NCBI GenBank assembly: GCA_027923505.1
Contig: BROI01000002.1
Location: forward strand, 496,001-560,000
Length of the DNA: 64,000 nt
DNA from: Mayamaea pseudoterrestris
Taxonomy: Eukaryota
Direction: 5' to 3'
The position numbers and the translations under genes were made by a program. How positions within the stretch are numbered: the stretch's first letter is position 1; each line of letters starts with the position of its first letter. Positions 21,527-34,389 of this stretch are shown in pieces. The notes beneath the pieces are model-generated. The model was not told the origin of the DNA and ran no database searches. It saw nothing but the letters and a program-made list of their open reading frames with translations.

Positions 21527-22591
21527 TCAATGGTTTAATTTCTTTACATAGTAGCTAATGTTAGCCGAGTTTCCCGCCCAGAATGGCCGCCAGCGAAATC
21601 CAGCATCCTTGTATCCCAGGCTTGCGTAAAGTTTCACAGCCGCCTCATTGTCCGGATCAACGTGAAGGTAAAGCCGGGATGCCTTCCAACGCGTCGCTGC
21701 AATGGACTCGACACACTGTACCAGCGCTCGACCAATACCCTTTCCGCGAATCGTTTCGTCCACGGCAAGGTTGCTCAAGTAAGGTTGCAAAATGTCATTT
21801 TGATGCGAGTCACGGCCTATTCCAAACGTTTTTGCAAGCCGACGTTCCAAAGCGTCAAGCCATGGCAGTGAAAAAGGAATCTTGGCATCGCATACCTGCA
21901 GCTGCAGTTCAACCGTTCCAATCACATCCATATCCTGCCATTCGCCACTGCTTGCTTGAATTGCGAGTGGCTCCTTCGTCCGCCCAAGTACCAGGACAAT
22001 GGCATAACTCGCTGCTGCTTTTACTTGATCGGCCGCGGGCGTCCCTTCAAGTCTTGGCGGTGGCGACAAGCCAATTGTTTGTGTTGATGGTGATTGCGGT
22101 GTTTGTTGTTTGTCAAGGTGCAATCGCCCACTCAACCTTTGTCGCAGGCCAGCCAATACTTCGGCAAACGCCACCAATGCAGAGTAGCCATTGACGGCAT
22201 CCACGGCGGGTTGCAGCAGCATTCGTTCAATTGAAGTTGAGCTCCATGCAGCTTGACTGACGCGAATCACTTCCGCCCCAAAGGTTGACACGACAAACCG
22301 AGCAACATTTGGCAAGTCCTTCTCCTCGGCCAAACCCAGTTGGTAGACGATTCCATCCTCGGCACAGTAGCAGCCATTCTCGTCAAATACACTTAATGTT
22401 CGACTTGTAGAGTTTATAGCTGTATCTTGGCCTTCTACGAGAGTAAATTCGTTGAGGAAGTTGCTGATTGGAATGAGCGGCAGAGTAATCCTCGTTGCCG
22501 GCTTGGTCGCTGGAGAAATGCTTCGTTGTAAGGCTAGATGGCTCGATAGAAAGCAAACCAGTAGGTCGATTAGCAACCTGTCATGTCTCAT
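21527..22591 (-). CDS. GNAT-family acetyltransferase, copy 2
   Basis: Identical translation to 1688..2752. Confidence 0.85.
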   Translation of the reverse strand: MRHDRLLIDLLVCFLSSHLALQRSISPATKPATRITLPLIPISNFLNEFTLVEGQDTAINSTSRTLSVFDENGCYCAEDGIVYQLGLAEEKDLPNVARFVVSTFGAEVIRVSQAAWSSTSIERMLLQPAVDAVNGYSALVAFAEVLAGLRQRLSGRLHLDKQQTPQSPSTQTIGLSPPPRLEGTPAADQVKAAASYAIVLVLGRTKEPLAIQASSGEWQDMDVIGTVELQLQVCDAKIPFSLPWLDALERRLAKTFGIGRDSHQNDILQPYLSNLAVDETIRGKGIGRALVQCVESIAATRWKASRLYLHVDPDNEAAVKLYASLGYKDAGFRWRPFWAGNSANISYYVKKLNH

Positions 22592-22911
22592 ACTGTGTAC
22601 AATTTACACAAACTTGTTTGCCTCACTTGCGCGAAAGAGCTGATGGTTCATCGCATTGATCATGGTCAACAATCGCTCTCCGGTTCATCCTTCACATCAC
22701 TGTGACGTAGAAAGTGCCTTCCAAGAACTTTGAAATTTCAGTTTCTCGTTTACTGTGAAGCAAACTGTGTTATTTAAGAACTTTGATACTGTTTCTACCA
22801 TAGCCCCTGTCAGAACCGCTGCGATACCGGTCGATGGACGACAACCGCACACATCAACGCGCTGACTGCATTGCGGGATCTCGGCTCCATTGCGACGAAA
22901 CAATTGAAGGA

Positions 22912-24183
22912 ATGTCGACTGTTCTGGCTCGATTGCTACTGTCGCGCCTCTCATTGACATCCCGGCGATGCGGGGGTATTACGGCGCCAATAAGATTCAC
23001 TGAAACACAATGGTGGCAGCATAGTCATGCAGCAACAACGAACGTTCGCTTCTTTGGACGAGACAAGGATACGCACGACGTTGATGACTTGTTTGTCTCG
23101 CCGGAGGACCAGGATGGAGACCCTGATGCCATAGTGATTCCGCCGGAATTGTCGAGCAAGCCGAGTCTATCGATCGTTCCAGATATTGAGGAAGATCCGT
23201 TTGGCGTTCACTTTGACGATGGTCCAGAGCAAGGCAAGGTTGGAAAGACGCTTCCGCCGCGTTATAAGCGCGACGCAACGACTGGTCGATTGACGGGTGA
23301 CATTGAAAAGGAATTGACAGAGGAGGAGAAGCGAATCCTCAAGGCTGATTTGCTGGAAAAGGATCAGATACTCCTTGATCGCATGGAGCAACATTGGAAA
23401 CAGCAAGGCACCGACGAGAGCGGCATGCCCAAGGAACTGTTTGCCATGGGCCGACGGGTCCGCGATGCGGAGATTGGGCTGAACGTTATGGGTCGAAGTG
23501 TCAAGGCGCAAGCATCCGAGGAGGAGCTTGACGATGGCTCCACTCTTGGCCGGGACGAGTCTGGATTTACGCAAAACCTGACCAAGGAAGAATTTGAATC
23601 ACTTTCAAAATTTATGGAGAGCCAGTTTGACACGGAAATATCCGAGGATGACATTCCGGTTCAAGCTAGTCAGAAACGTTCTGCTGCGGCGCCGCAGCAG
23701 CAGCAGCAAGACGAAGAGACCGTGGATCCAGATGAGCTTGCCCTGTCGCTAAAATGGCTGTCTACTCGAGCGCGGCGCGAAATGGACGACTCGCTCGATG
23801 ATAACCCATACTCCGACTTGATGCCTGGTGATTTAAGTCCAACGAGACTTGTCAATCGCAAGCGGGCCAAGCCGGTGCCAACCAAGTTACTGCATCACAA
23901 CAATATTGAGCTGCTGAGGCGTTTCCTGACCCCGACGGGGCAAGTTATGAATCGTGTCCAGACTCGATTGGGAGCTAGAGATCAACGGCGCGTCGCCAAA
24001 CTGATCAAACGATCCAGAGCGCTTGGTCTGTTGCCGTATGCGGGACAAATCAAGGTGGAAACCCATGGCTGGAAGCATGCGTCCGACATTCACGAGGACC
24101 GACCGTGGGAGAAGGAGCTTGTACGTCGAGGCTTGGTCATTAAACGGACGCGAGACACAGTCGATAGTAGTGACATTAAGTAA
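22912..24183 (+). CDS. Mitochondrial ribosomal protein S18-domain protein, copy 2
   Basis: Identical to 3073..4344. Confidence 0.85.
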   Translation: MSTVLARLLLSRLSLTSRRCGGITAPIRFTETQWWQHSHAATTNVRFFGRDKDTHDVDDLFVSPEDQDGDPDAIVIPPELSSKPSLSIVPDIEEDPFGVHFDDGPEQGKVGKTLPPRYKRDATTGRLTGDIEKELTEEEKRILKADLLEKDQILLDRMEQHWKQQGTDESGMPKELFAMGRRVRDAEIGLNVMGRSVKAQASEEELDDGSTLGRDESGFTQNLTKEEFESLSKFMESQFDTEISEDDIPVQASQKRSAAAPQQQQQDEETVDPDELALSLKWLSTRARREMDDSLDDNPYSDLMPGDLSPTRLVNRKRAKPVPTKLLHHNNIELLRRFLTPTGQVMNRVQTRLGARDQRRVAKLIKRSRALGLLPYAGQIKVETHGWKHASDIHEDRPWEKELVRRGLVIKRTRDTVDSSDIK

Positions 24184-24287
24184 GATGCATACGGTTATGT
24201 CGTCTCTTTTGCCTATGTTACTGGACGTCGTCACTAGGCTCAGAGCTGAATCGGACTACCTACCGGATAGGCAGACGCGCCGTCGGT

Positions 24288-25801
24288 TTAGACTGCAGCG
24301 GTCTGGCCGACTGGAAACTCATCATCATCAAGGATGACTGGCTGGTTAAGACTTGTGATAGGCGAAGATGAAGCAAAGTAATCTTCGAGCGAGAATGTTT
24401 CTGGAGCAAATGGATTTGGAGTAAACGCACAGAGGGAGCTGGCGGGAGTTTCGTAGAGATCTTTTCGTGAATCCACTTCCTGCGCGATTGCAGCCGAATT
24501 ATATCCCGCTCCAATGTCGTTCGTTGAGTATCCCGCTGGCGTGTACAACACATCCAACACTGCGGTATGAGTATCATTGGCGGGAGTATAGTGACATTTC
24601 TGCGATTCAGTGCTCGGCGACATGGGCATTTGAAGTAACTCTTCCATGGTCAAGTTATACGAGAGCGGAAAGAAGCGGTTTTTACCAAAGATTCTTGAGG
24701 CATGTGCTGCAAGAGGCTCACTTCGATGATTGCTGCGAAGCTTGACAGTGCCCTTCTCGAACGGTGGCGAAAAAACTGGTGTTATCGTCTTTCTTTTCAG
24801 ATAGTTCGCAGGGACTTGGAGCAAGGCAACTTCAGCAAGAGTCGAGTTGCGGAGAAACTTTCCTGGCGATTTATGTCGGGCGATCTTGGTGATTAGTGGA
24901 TAATTGGTACGGCAACGTTGAATCCAAGGTTCATCGGGGTTGGTGTAGAGACGCTTGATTGTGAATCCGAGAGCATTCAGCAGACGATGGAAGGAGCGGA
25001 ACTGAACTGGAAAGCCATATGCCTTCATAATTTTCGCAAATTGGACCTTGGTTTTTGTGTGATCAGTAACCAAAAATGCATCGCCATCATCCGTCCATTG
25101 CATTATTTCAGGCTGGGCGACTGACATGTCCGTCACCATGCGCCATAGTCGAACCCCAGTAGGCATCACCTCATTATCAAATACATCACTTGTCGTACAG
25201 GGTGTCACGACTCCATTCTTGCGACTTGGTGCACGAGGCAACTGGGCATGCTCCTGTTCAACATTCTCTTTCGCATTGGCGGCGAAGTGTTCAAGACAGT
25301 TGAGCAGTGACGGCGACATGACTGCCGAGAGCGGCGTCAATTGAGTAGAGCTATCGAGCTTCCATGACAATGGCGTGAGCGAATTAGGATCACGATTGGA
25401 AAGTGTGTCATTTGGCCCTGATCTTTTGGTAATGGCTCGCCGAGCAGGTGTGTTCACGACGAACGAGTCGATCGCCGCATGCACCTGCGGGGAATAGTTG
25501 CGGAAGCACAAACTCTTGTTAGTTGATTCAAATGACGCTCATCCAACGCACATATTCCTAGTAGCTGTCGACTCACTGGATTCATTCCGGATCCGACGGG
25601 TGGCAAGTTCTCGAGACAAGCCGTCCAATTGCCGGTGTCATTTTCGGTCATGCGGCCAGGTGACGACGCGATAAAAGGGAACACCCCTGTCGACCATGCT
25701 GCATTCGGAGGGCTCGGAGACTTACTTGGAGTAGCAATCTTCATTCTGTGTTGGATAGAGAGTGTCATTGTGTCAGATGATGAGTTTGCGAATGCAGCCA
25801 T
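24288..25801 (-). CDS. HSF-type DNA-binding-domain protein, copy 2
   Basis: Identical to 4449..5962. Confidence 0.7.
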
Positions 25802-26104
25802 CACGAAAGCATGATGGATCTTCTCGCAGCTTTTCGTCGCGACGTACCTGACGGTCCAAATCCGAAAATATCGTTCCAAATTTGTCGTATTATTCACTCT
25901 GCTATATCGGAGATATTTAGCTTGCTAATTGACCGAAGTGGGAGGAGGAACAATCTATAAATCAACGCCCAGATGCACCATGGTCGGATTGTCATTTATT
26001 TTTGCATCGGATCGGCGCGGGACCCAGCTGTTTCGCATGGGTAACGGTAGGACATATTTTGACGTCATCAAGCGCGCGACGAAAGGTCTGCTTTCATTTC
26101 GACC

Positions 26105-27489
26105 ATGAGCGGTGCCGCTGAACAGCACGCTCAAGGCGGCTCATTGCTGCTGAACCAGCCTGTCATCTTTGACAATGGGAGTTCAACCATCAAAGCTGGG
26201 TTTGCTGGTTCGTCCAAGCCAAAGGTAGGGAAACTGTAGGCAAATGCAGAAATGATGGCGACTTTTCTGTGCTTCGAGCCTTCGAATGAAGTACAGCTTT
26301 GTTTAAATTTCAGTTCTTTATAGAGTATCTGCTCATTTATCGTCTTATTCAATTACCAGGTTGTCCTTGGAACCAAGGTGGGTCGCTCCAAGCATTTGCG
26401 CATCATGCCTGGCGGTGCGCTAGAGCAGGAAGGCTCGTCCATCTACGTTGGACAGAAGCTTGACGAACACCGGGGTGCTTTCCTACTCGAATACCCAATG
26501 GACAAGGGAGCTGTTCTTGATAGCGGATGGGACGCAATGGAGGCTCTTTGGGAGGTAAGCTTCGAGAGTATGCTTGGTATTGCTTATTCAGGCAGGCTCG
26601 TGTTCACTTTGTCCTTCTTAATCCTTCATAGCATGTCTATTCGAAACATTGTCTCAACGCCAAACAAGAGGAGCATCCAATCTTGATGACGGAAGCTCCA
26701 CTCAATCCACGTCGCAATAGGGACAGGACAGCGGAAATTATGTTTGAGACGATTCGTGCTCCAGCGCTCTACTTTACGCCTCCTTCAGTCCTTTCCTTGT
26801 ATGCATCGGGCCGCACCACCGGAGTGGTTTTGGATGTAGGAGACACTGTCGCACATGCCGTGCCTGTCTATGAGGGCTTCGCACTGCAGCATTCTATATC
26901 ACGCAGCGACATTGCTGGTCGAGACGTGACGCGAGAGTTGCAGCTGCAGTTGCGCAAGGCAGGGCTTACTTTTACAACAACTGCCGAAGCTGACTTGGCC
27001 AGAATTATCAAGGAGGAGACATGCTTTTTGACCCCGACACCCACGGATGAAGGCACTGAAAAGGAATCCAAAATACAATACCAGCTTCCTGATGGTTTGG
27101 TTGTGAATCTTAGCTCAGAGAGACACTCGGCACCGAGTTTGCTGTTCGATCCGTCGATTATTGGATCCGAAGAACCTGGCGCTTCAGACATTCTTGTCAA
27201 CTCAATTATGAAGAGTGACATTGATCTTCGAGCAAAGCTCTACTCTCAGATCGTTTTGGCTGGAGGCTCGACGCTCACGCCACGCTTTGGAGATCGTTTG
27301 CTGTACGATCTACGAGTCCGTTCGCCAGCCCACACTCGCATACGAATCTCCGCACCGCCAGAACGATTGTATTCCTGTTACGTTGGAGGGTCTATCCTTG
27401 CGAGTCTGGCGACATTCAAGTGTATGTGGGTGTCAAGGGAAGAGTATGAGGAGCATGGAAGCAAGATTCTGCACCGTAAGGATTTCTAA
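26105..27489 (+). CDS. ARP1: Actin-related protein 1, copy 2
   Basis: Identical to 6266..7650. Confidence 0.85.
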
Positions 27490-27566
27490 TAATTAAGCTT
27501 TGTCCAGTCAGTTCTCTCATACCATCTACTTTAATTAAAAATAGATTTGTTATTGACATAAATCAG

Positions 27567-30500
27567 TTATCGTACACCTTTTAACCAGTCCGATTGAAAC
27601 GCGCTAAGCGCAGTTGCCCTCTTCTCCGGATCAAAATCAAGCAAGGTCACCACGAAATCATTGACCGCGACAGCCTCTTCTCTAGGGAAGTGGTACTTTT
27701 CCATAAGAACTTCTTGCATGGGCCAAAACTTGAGCTGTTTGATTCGTTTCAAATTTCCTTTCTTGTCAAAAAAGGTCTTTGCGTACTTGCCCTCCAAAGC
27801 GAGACGCTTCGGCATCTTGCCCAGCAGCTCCTGAAACATGGCGAGATGATCTTCGTCTCGGTCATAATCTTCCCCGGCGCGAGGATCAAATAGAAGGTCT
27901 CCCGTCAGCAACTCAAAAATCATGCAACCAAGCGACCATATATCTGCTGCGGTGTCGTACTTGCTGCCTATGATAACTTCAGGCGCTCGATATTGGCGCG
28001 TCTGGATGTCTTCGCTAAAATGACGATGAGTCCAGCAAGCATTTCCTAAATCAACTATAACAGTCCGACATTTCATCAACATGTCCGTGTTTTTTAGATC
28101 AGGCGTTTGGTTGGTCAATCGAGCTGCAGAGCTAGCCGAAGTGTCTCTTGATGAGGGTGCAGTGGATGGTTCGTTCTCCGTCAGTGCCTTCTTCACCCCT
28201 TCGTAAAAACCGGCTCCGACATCCGAGAAAGAGCGCCTTGTTGCTCGTTCGTCGTCTGACGCAACCAAGGTGGCAATGTCGGTAGTTGGCTCCAAGCCAG
28301 TTAGCGCTTTTACTCGGTCATGAAGCGAGTTACGGGCTTGCCACCATCCTTGCACTTTCTCGCACGTCAACTCCAACAGCGGTTGAGCAACTTCAGTAGT
28401 GAGATCCGGTGAGTAGCAATCAAGCAGGCGGAGGTCGTAGCCAAAGATGGAAGCACCATAGTCACATTGGTCCATGTCCACAGGTTTTATTCTCATAACC
28501 ATCGGGTGGTCACATATGCTCTTCGCGTCCGGACCAAAAACAATGGTATCCATTGGCGGGCTACCCTCGTCGCGCTTGTATATCATAAAAGACACGCCAG
28601 GCAGACGACTTTCCAGATATCCTAAAGTTACATAGGTCGAGCTGGCGGGAAACGTGATTGCAAACAATTTCGGAACTGGAGACCGTATGCTCTCAGTTGC
28701 GAGTTGCGCCATTTCCGGTTCATCGAAGTTATGTCGGTGATTCAGATTATCATTGATCAGACGGGAAATATCTCCAAACGCTTGCAGCTCGTCCAGATTG
28801 GCGTCGGCAACTTCTTGGAGTAAAAATGTCGTCTCAACATTGGCCAGCTCTACAGAGCGACCAGCCTCGTCGACCAATTCACCAGAAGGAATTGAAAGCG
28901 TCACTCTCCAGTCGCGCCCCGACTCAGACATGTTCCACTGTACATTGCCTAACGCTTTCGAAATGGAATCTGCCAACCTATCGGGGTCCTCGCTTGGTTT
29001 CATCATCAAACAAATTTGCGCAATTCCGCCCTCGGCTTCGCTCTCGGCAAAAATCTGTGCGACCTTTTCAGCCGATGGGTATGTAACTGTAACTCTCTGT
29101 CTCATAAAGTCAGCGGTCGTTTGATCTAAATCGTTTTGGTATGGTCCAAAGTTTGAGGCAACAAACATGCTGTGGCCAAGTCTTCGATTGACTCGATCAG
29201 CAGTGGCTGTCTCAATGGAAACCGATGAAATGGTGGCCTTGTTGAGAATCTTGGCAAGTTCGACGTCGGATAGAATGGATGGAGATTCCGTATCCTCCTC
29301 TTCGCCGTCTCCACAGCTTGTGTCCTCCTCGTTTTCATCGCCTTCCTCCTCCTCCTCGTCCTCTTCATCATCGTCGCCATCGCCTCCGCCACGCTTCCTT
29401 TCCTTCTGCCGCTTCTTTTTCAATCGCCGCCTCAACTTTTTGCGTGTATTGGGCGATAGGGTATTCTCGGCGAGAGTTATCTCCAGATCACGGATGGAAC
29501 TGCCAGTAGATGTAACCGCAGAGCTAACATTGATGTGGTCGACGGATAGCTTGGCCATGCCCAGTGCAAGATCCTCTTCCGAACTGATTTGGTGAGGAAA
29601 CTGAAGAAGGACGTTTTCCGGTTTGAGATCCGTATGAATAATTTGGCACCTCCTGTGTAAAAAGTCGAGACCCATGCAAACCCCAGCAGTCATCTTCTTG
29701 ACGACTTCAATTGGAATGCCCCTATAGCTGAATGCTTTAATGACGCTCAACAAGTTGCAGCCAAGCATAGAAAAAAGCATACACATATGCCTTCCGTTGG
29801 GCCCGCTGTGAAAGAAATGATCGTGAAGCGTTGCCACGAAGCGAGAATGCTCGACCAGTGTGCATGCCTCCTTGTCGGCTATGTTCGCCATCAAATCAGC
29901 CTCGCATTGTCTGCGCTCCCTGGCGATGCAGTCAAGTAGTTCCACTTCGTCCATGGCAGCCTCCGTGTAGTGCTCGGCCGATTTTTGCACCTTGAGCGCA
30001 TAGAAATGATCATTGGGTCCGACAGATTGGATCTTTCGATCCTTGACCATCCATACAGTTGAAAAGTGGCCCCATCCTAGCTTTTTCATGACAATGTAGC
30101 TGCAGAAAAAGAATGAGCAGACTCGGCGTGAGTAAATGAACTATGAAAAAGACGTTTAACACATTATGGAACATGACCCGCGCTCACTTACCGTTGATTG
30201 TAAACTTCCCCAACCTTGACAGGATGATAGCCGCCGGGCTTATATCCATCAGATCCTTCATCTTCATCATCAGTGTAGTCTTCTGCACTTCCAGATCCCG
30301 CTGATTTGTCTCCATCTTCCGTTCCACTAGCATCGTCGTCCTCCCCTTCTTCATCATCATCCAATTCGCGCGCCGATGTCGAGTCATCGCCCGGCTCAGA
30401 CAATGAGGCTCTGGAGTTACTGGTATCGCAGTCGCTCCTTACACTCAAATCAACTACTTCTGATTCCATGCCACTATTGTGCTTGGCGCGGCCAGCATCC

Positions 30501-31006
30501 AATGAATTCAATACATCATTAAATTCCTTGGGGCTCATGGACCCTTGCATTCTCGTCTGCGATGTAACCTCGAGATCATCATCATCGTCATCATCAAATA
30601 TATCAGCCAGTTCCTCGTCACTGTCAGCAACAGCTCCAAGGGCAGCTGCACTCGCCATGAGCTTTTGCTGGGGCGTCATGGTGGCAGTGTTTTCAGCAGC
30701 AGCGTCATCGTCAGCGTCAATGACATGATCAAAAATTTCCAGTGACAGCGGTGGCTCAATCGAGTGTTTGCTTCTATTACTGCCATCGGCAATTGGAGTT
30801 CTGGCAAGATCCTTGTCGTTTGACGCATGGCTACTGTTAGTGCGGCTCGTCAGTGGACTGTCTGGAGCAGCGGCTTCATCCTCTTCCTCGTCCTCGAGCG
30901 ACTTGATGCTCACGTCGGAAATATCCTCGTCAATGCTATCGTTAAAGGCCTTGGAGCTTTCGGCTTCCTCCTTTTTCTTCTTTTTCATGTTACGTAGTAA
31001 ATCCAT
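27567..31006 (-). CDS. SRPK: SR-protein kinase (SRPK), full length (exons 31006-30192, 30099-27567)
   Basis: YKPGGYHPV...YNQR|YIVMKKLGWGHFSTVW, ALKVQKSAEHYTEAAMDE, IIHTDLKPEN, a long spacer insert, then DLGNACW and IQTRQYRAPE. Confidence 0.95.
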
Positions 31007-31512
31007 CTTGGCAGTGTAATGTTCTGGTCACAGTTGAAACCAGTTGACAGCGACGAACCACTGATAGCGGAATCCAATTGTAAATCTCGTCTCGTTGTTT
31101 TGCCTCGGTTGCTTGATCGAATTAGCCGCGCCACAAAGTACGTTTGATTTCAAGCCTCTATTCCTTGTTTGCCAGAGAGCAACACTTTCGCTTGCTTAAC
31201 TTTCAATGTCGCCCTATTTGGCTCGAGACGGCAGCCGCCTTGATTGTGATTGTCCGATGGGGTTGTCGCAGTTTTCAAAGTGCCGTCCTTGGGCCGGAAA
31301 AGACCGACCGTCTGTCCGTGCGTGCGACCATGAAGCACAGTCGCCAAGTCAAATCCATCATCGGATCGATCCACTTCTTCTTCAACTTGTCGTTGTGTTG
31401 CGATTTTTCAGAGTCGCGACCAAGCAAAACCATCACAGCGAGGAGGACATCCATCACAATCGAAACAATGGATCTTTGACGTTGATCAATTCTGATTCGA
31501 CCACACAAAGTC

Positions 31513-32477
31513 ATGTCGGTGAACACTTTGTATGCGCGAAAGAGTCGCCGAGCCAAGGTTGGCTTCCTTCCAATGATCTTTCTTCTTGTCGCCGTCATTT
31601 TTTGTCCTTGCCATGCCTTTCGATCCAGCCCCGGATTGCTGCAAAGAAGGATACATTGCGATTCAACAATCTCCAATGTTAATCGGTACTTGCAGAGTCC
31701 ATCTGCGAGTGAACAATATCCGCTTTCAGTAGTTGCTCTACCAGACGATGCTGCATCTGCTGCGTCCTCAGCAATTGCTGCCAAGGAACAAATACCAAAG
31801 ACCTTGTCGGAAGCCATGTACACCTTTCTCGCCGGTCCATTCGTCGGTCCACGAATCACCTTGGCCATTGTCTTTTCAGCCATTGCCTATCGATTCACGC
31901 TACCGCTATCACTACTCGATCCAATGCTATTAATGAGCGCCATTATCTTGTGGTGGTTCCAGGAACATGCCATGCACAAGCACTTGCTACATTCAAAATT
32001 TGATTGGTACGGCAGACGCATTCATGAAGTGCATCATCAAAAAAATTACTTTCATATTTCACTTGACCCTGCCTGGCTCATGGTGACTTGGCTATCGACA
32101 GTCTTTGTCATGCTAAAGTGTGTCTTGCCGCTGCCGCTTGCCCTGACGACGGCCATTGGCTACGCTGGTGCAGGGCTCTTTTACGAATGGTCGCACTACA
32201 TTGTTCATACCAAGGTTCGGTTTGCCAAGGGATCGTACTGGCAACGTAAGTGCATGTGTTGTGACTATTTAAGATTGGCGGCGGGAGTGTCATGTTTGTT
32301 GTTAACAAAGTGTAAAACTTTTTGTAACAAAACACAGGGATGAAGGATCACCACATTCGACATCATTTGATCAACGCAGGGAACTGGTTGGGCTTTTCCT
32401 TGCCTCAAGTCGACACTTTGTTTGGAACGAATCCAAGCGTGCAGGAGTTTCGAAGGCAGGAGGCAGCTGAAAGATAG
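31513..32477 (+). CDS. Fatty-acid-hydroxylase/sterol-desaturase superfamily membrane protein (intron 32246-32337)
   Basis: His boxes EHAMHKHLLH, HEVHH, YEWSHYIVH and, after splicing, HHIRHH; D.LFGT; signal peptide with CHA-F. Confidence 0.8.
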
Positions 32478-32712
32478 TTGAACACAAACGATTGTTGCAG
32501 AGAGTCGTCGATGTATAGCGATAACTTTTTATCGGCGTGCCCAATCACTATATATTTATTGTATGCATAAGAAAAGTTTTCTACTTAATACCGGTATCGT
32601 ACGCCAGTGTTAGTCGTGTTGGTTAGCTCTGTCGAGCAGGGAGGAGACGTGCTTCACCCAATGCGTTCGTTGGCTGTGCGTTGTCGCTTGGCATAATGCT
32701 TTTACTTGTAAT

Positions 32713-34143
32713 TCAACGAGCATAGAGTGATGCCTTGAATTCGCTGAGTTCGCCTTGCACGTCAATGAAATTATAGTCTCTCTTGATCGGTCGTTCCTTG
32801 TCAAGCACAGCGTCGATGCAACCATGAGCGCATCCAAAATCCTTGGCCAAAATATAGCAGCTCTGTTTGTTTTTGTCAAGCTGTAGCTGTCCCTCTGGCC
32901 CGCAAGGAAGATGTATCTGGTGCGCGCAACGGTCATTGGCTATTGTTTTCAGGCGCTTGTACTCTGTCAGCGTTGCCTCAAACTTTTCTCTTCCAATCTG
33001 TTCGATTGTGAGCTCCAAACTCTTGTGCGCAGCAGCATGCAGTACATAGTCGCCATAGTTGGAAGCTCGCCATTGATCGCTTTCCAAAAAGCTCGCAACT
33101 GCATCTGACTTGAAACTCTTTTTGGTCGGAATACAGACTGAGTTTTCAATCGGCTTGTTCTTCCACATGCGATACGTTTCACCCGTAATCTTGCTGTCGG
33201 CGACAACGACGTCGCCAACGTCAACTCCTAAAAGTAGCGACAAAACTACCAATGACTCGTCCATTCGATCCACGACGAGTAGCATATCGTAGTCGTCGAC
33301 TACTCGCTTGACATTTGCGAGAACCTGCTCTGGATACTTGACAATGTCAGGTTGCGTTTCGTCCCAGGCGGAGTGATCGGGAATTGAAGTCAAACTAGCG
33401 TACTGAAGGGTGAATCCTCCTTGTCCTGGTGATAGTGTTCCAGTGTGATCAGAGAATGACCCTTTGGCATGGCCTCTTAGCTCGCGCAAAATGTTTTGAT
33501 CCGTCGGCAGAGTGTCGGGACCCGGTCGATTGACAGAAAATTTGTGATAAAAGATACTGCTGATGGCTCTTTCATCAGGTGCACGAATTGACGTGAAGAG
33601 AAAGCTCTTGTCGTAAAGTCGGCTGCTGTAAAAGGAGCCCAGCCGATGCTCCCACTGTGCCGGATGGCAGCGATTTCGATCAGTTATGCGAAGCGCGACT
33701 CCCGCCGACGTTGAGGAAGCTGCCTTTGGTACTTTGGTTAGAATCAAACCCTGTCGCAGAATACTATTCTTTCGAACTGGTATCAGGTTTGGCGCTAGAC
33801 ACCAAGATGATCGGTCGCGACCAGGAAAGGCACGAGCCATTTTTGTCGCTTCAAATGCAATGCATTCTGCTGACAGGGAACCAAGGACGCATGACGGATA
33901 ACTTTCTATCGTAAGATTGATTAGTCGAAAAAAGTGATGGTCGTAGTCGAGTTGTGACTGCACCGAAAAGATGAGGATGATTGCCAGGCCGATACCAGCG
34001 GTCCAAGTCCACGTTGATCGATTCATCCATCTTCCATTTCTGGTACCCCGATGCTTCATCTCATTTGTAATAAACCAATCATATGAAGCTCGGGTGGTCC
34101 GTGTAAATGCTGAGGGAAGCAGGTGCTGATATTGATCGGCCAT
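32713..34143 (-). CDS. Type II membrane sulfotransferase-like protein
   Basis: N-terminal TM, KVPKAASST (5'-PSB-like), IRAPDERAIS (3'-PB-like) and RMDESLVVL. Confidence 0.65.
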   Translation of the reverse strand: MADQYQHLLPSAFTRTTRASYDWFITNEMKHRGTRNGRWMNRSTWTWTAGIGLAIILIFSVQSQLDYDHHFFRLINLTIESYPSCVLGSLSAECIAFEATKMARAFPGRDRSSWCLAPNLIPVRKNSILRQGLILTKVPKAASSTSAGVALRITDRNRCHPAQWEHRLGSFYSSRLYDKSFLFTSIRAPDERAISSIFYHKFSVNRPGPDTLPTDQNILRELRGHAKGSFSDHTGTLSPGQGGFTLQYASLTSIPDHSAWDETQPDIVKYPEQVLANVKRVVDDYDMLLVVDRMDESLVVLSLLLGVDVGDVVVADSKITGETYRMWKNKPIENSVCIPTKKSFKSDAVASFLESDQWRASNYGDYVLHAAAHKSLELTIEQIGREKFEATLTEYKRLKTIANDRCAHQIHLPCGPEGQLQLDKNKQSCYILAKDFGCAHGCIDAVLDKERPIKRDYNFIDVQGELSEFKASLYAR

Positions 34144-34389
34144 CAGCCATCACATTCATCGTCTTCTCTTGTTTGTCGACCTTACTGTGATCGCGCTACG
34201 ACAGTTAGCGCGACTGAAAAGACAGAATTCTGTTGCAGTTTCGCGCTCTTTAGTACCGCAGAGACAGAGCGTCACGTTTCCCTCCATCACCGGAAGGCTT
34301 TCTTGACATCACTTCTTCTCGACCATATACTTCCACTCCTCTTGCAATTTGGATCCAGCGAGCACAATATTCATCGACAGTCAGATTTC

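Larger units (their letters stand above)
19840..28512 (+). repeat. Segmental direct duplication, copy 2 (continues into the intact SRPK gene)
   Basis: Same sequence as 1..8673. Beyond 28512 it continues as the SRPK spacer (CATATGCTC...) instead of the Copia sequence. Confidence 0.97.

Noticed and set aside
29290..29440. Purine/pyrimidine-skewed triplet-like runs (also 30340-30370 and 58260-58320)
   Set aside because: They encode acidic/basic low-complexity linkers and are not independent elements.
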